From Octopus bimaculoides (lineage: Eukaryota): DNA of 48,041 nt. Both the position numbers and the translations under genes were made by a program. Every line of letters begins with the position of its first letter. Position 1 is the first letter of the stretch. Shown piece by piece: positions 46,466 through 48,041 of the stretch. The stretch spans positions 18,253,705 through 18,301,745 of the forward strand of contig NC_068994.1 in NCBI RefSeq assembly GCF_001194135.2, in the 5' to 3' direction. The notes beneath the pieces were generated by a model. That model had not been told where the DNA came from, ran no database searches, and worked only from the letters and a program-made list of their open reading frames with translations.

Positions 46466-47620
46466 NNNNNNNNNNNNNNNNNNNNNNNNNNNNNNNNNNN
46501 NNNNNNNNNNNNNNNNNNNNNNNNNNNNNNNNNNNNNNNNNNNNNNNNNNNNNNNNNNNNNNNNNNNNNNNNNNNNNNNNNNNNNNNNNNNNNNNNNNNN
46601 NNNNNNNNNNNNNNNNNNNNNNNNNNNNNNNNNNNNNNNNNNNNNNNNNNNNNNNNNNNNNNNNNNNNNNNNNNNNNNNNNNNNNNNNNNNNNNNNNNNN
46701 NNNNNNNNNNNNNNNNNNNNNNNNNNNNNNNNNNNNNNNNNNNNNNNNNNNNNNNNNNNNNNNNNNNNNNNNNNNNNNNNNNNNNNNNNNNNNNNNNNNN
46801 NNNNNNNNNNNNNNNNNNNNNNNNNNNNNNNNNNNNNNNNNNNNNNNNNNNNNNNNNNNNNNNNNNNNNNNNNNNNNNNNNNNNNNNNNNNNNNNNNNNN
46901 NNNNNNNNNNNNNNNNNNNNNNNNNNNNNNNNNNNNNNNNNNNNNNNNNNNNNNNNNNNNNNNNNNNNNNNNNNNNNNNNNNNNNNNNNNNNNNNNNNNN
47001 NNNNNNNNNNNNNNNNNNNNNNNNNNNNNNNNNNNNNNNNNNNNNNNNNNNNNNNNNNNNNNNNNNNNNNNNNNNNNNNNNNNNNNNNNNNNNNNNNNNN
47101 NNNNNNNNNNNNNNNNNNNNNNNNNNNNNNNNNNNNNNNNNNNNNNNNNNNNNNNNNNNNNNNNNNNNNNNNNNNNNNNNNNNNNNNNNNNNNNNNNNNN
47201 NNNNNNNNNNNNNNNNNNNNNNNNNNNNNNNNNNNNNNNNNNNNNNNNNNNNNNNNNNNNNNNNNNNNNNNNNNNNNNNNNNNNNNNNNNNNNNNNNNNN
47301 NNNNNNNNNNNNNNNNNNNNNNNNNNNNNNNNNNNNNNNNNNNNNNNNNNNNNNNNNNNNNNNNNNNNNNNNNNNNNNNNNNNNNNNNNNNNNNNNNNNN
47401 NNNNNNNNNNNNNNNNAAGGGGGGGAAATAACAATGTCATGACATTAGAGGAAGGAAATCTCTAAAACTGGATTTAAAAAGAAAAAAAAATGAAGAAGCT
47501 CATTATATTACTGTACTGGTTGTTGCTCTGTGGATCAGAGAGTGCAAAGGCCAAGAGACCGTGTTTCAGAACAAGCTTGTGCTGATTCCTATGTGAACAC
47601 ACAAGGAATATGTTCTGATG

Positions 47621-47844
47621 AATATTGGTTTCAAATATTGACACAAGGCCAGCAAATTCGGGGAGAGGGAGGGGAAGTCAATTACATCGCCCCTCCTCCG
47701 ATTTAATTGGCGCTTATTTTATCAATCCAGAAAGGATGAAAAGCAAAGTCAACTTCAGCGGAATTAGAACTCAGAGCACAAAGATGAATGAAGTGCCACT
47801 AAGCTGTTTGCCCAGCATGCTAACCATTCTGTTGGCTCGCCCCC
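47621..47844 (-). mobile_element. SINE family A, full length
   Basis: Tail, core GGATGAAAAGCAAAGTCAAC, head ...CTGTTGGCTCGCC. Confidence 0.87.
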
Positions 47845-48041
47845 TTGTTCTAGCGAATGTTAATGTGTATTTCGTAGATAAGACAAAAGAACCAGGTGAG
47901 CAATCATTGATAAAAAAATAGTTAAATAATTATTATTTGTAACATTCTTACAAGATAAACTATTAAAAAAAAAAAAAAAATTAAAAAGAAAAGAATATGA
48001 GAAATTGATGGATAATATTATCAGAGTATATTTATAGTTGA

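Overview
AT-rich, microsatellite- and SINE-dense animal genomic DNA from a gapped draft assembly, with 11 N-runs (1906-2360, 6807-7636, 8762-8827, 9996-10095, 23910-24280, 26367-26376, 33755-34115, 37634-37967, 42199-42483, 44369-44391, 46466-47417). The repeat repertoire resembles an octopus (coleoid cephalopod) genome; this is inference, not a database result. The only host gene I can support is the 3' end of a neuralized-family E3 ligase on the minus strand. It has a 120-nt exon with the end of the second NHR domain (18594-18713) and a terminal exon with a Ser/Asn-rich linker and C3HC4 RING (13760-14418). I found no further upstream exon in about 29 kb. The rest is mostly transposon debris: an RTE LINE, Penelope-like (PLE) RT and GIY-YIG remnants, mariner elements, TTAA MITEs, several modular tRNA-derived SINE families and a 26-bp minisatellite. 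The most interesting signal is non-coding. Type I hammerhead ribozyme motifs with short palindromic stem III occur as a back-to-back inverted pair at the window start (151-251 +, mirror copy 70 to <1 on -) and as a different motif at 30347-30452 (-) next to the PLE remnant. All structures were folded by eye; SINE and repeat boundaries are approximate.
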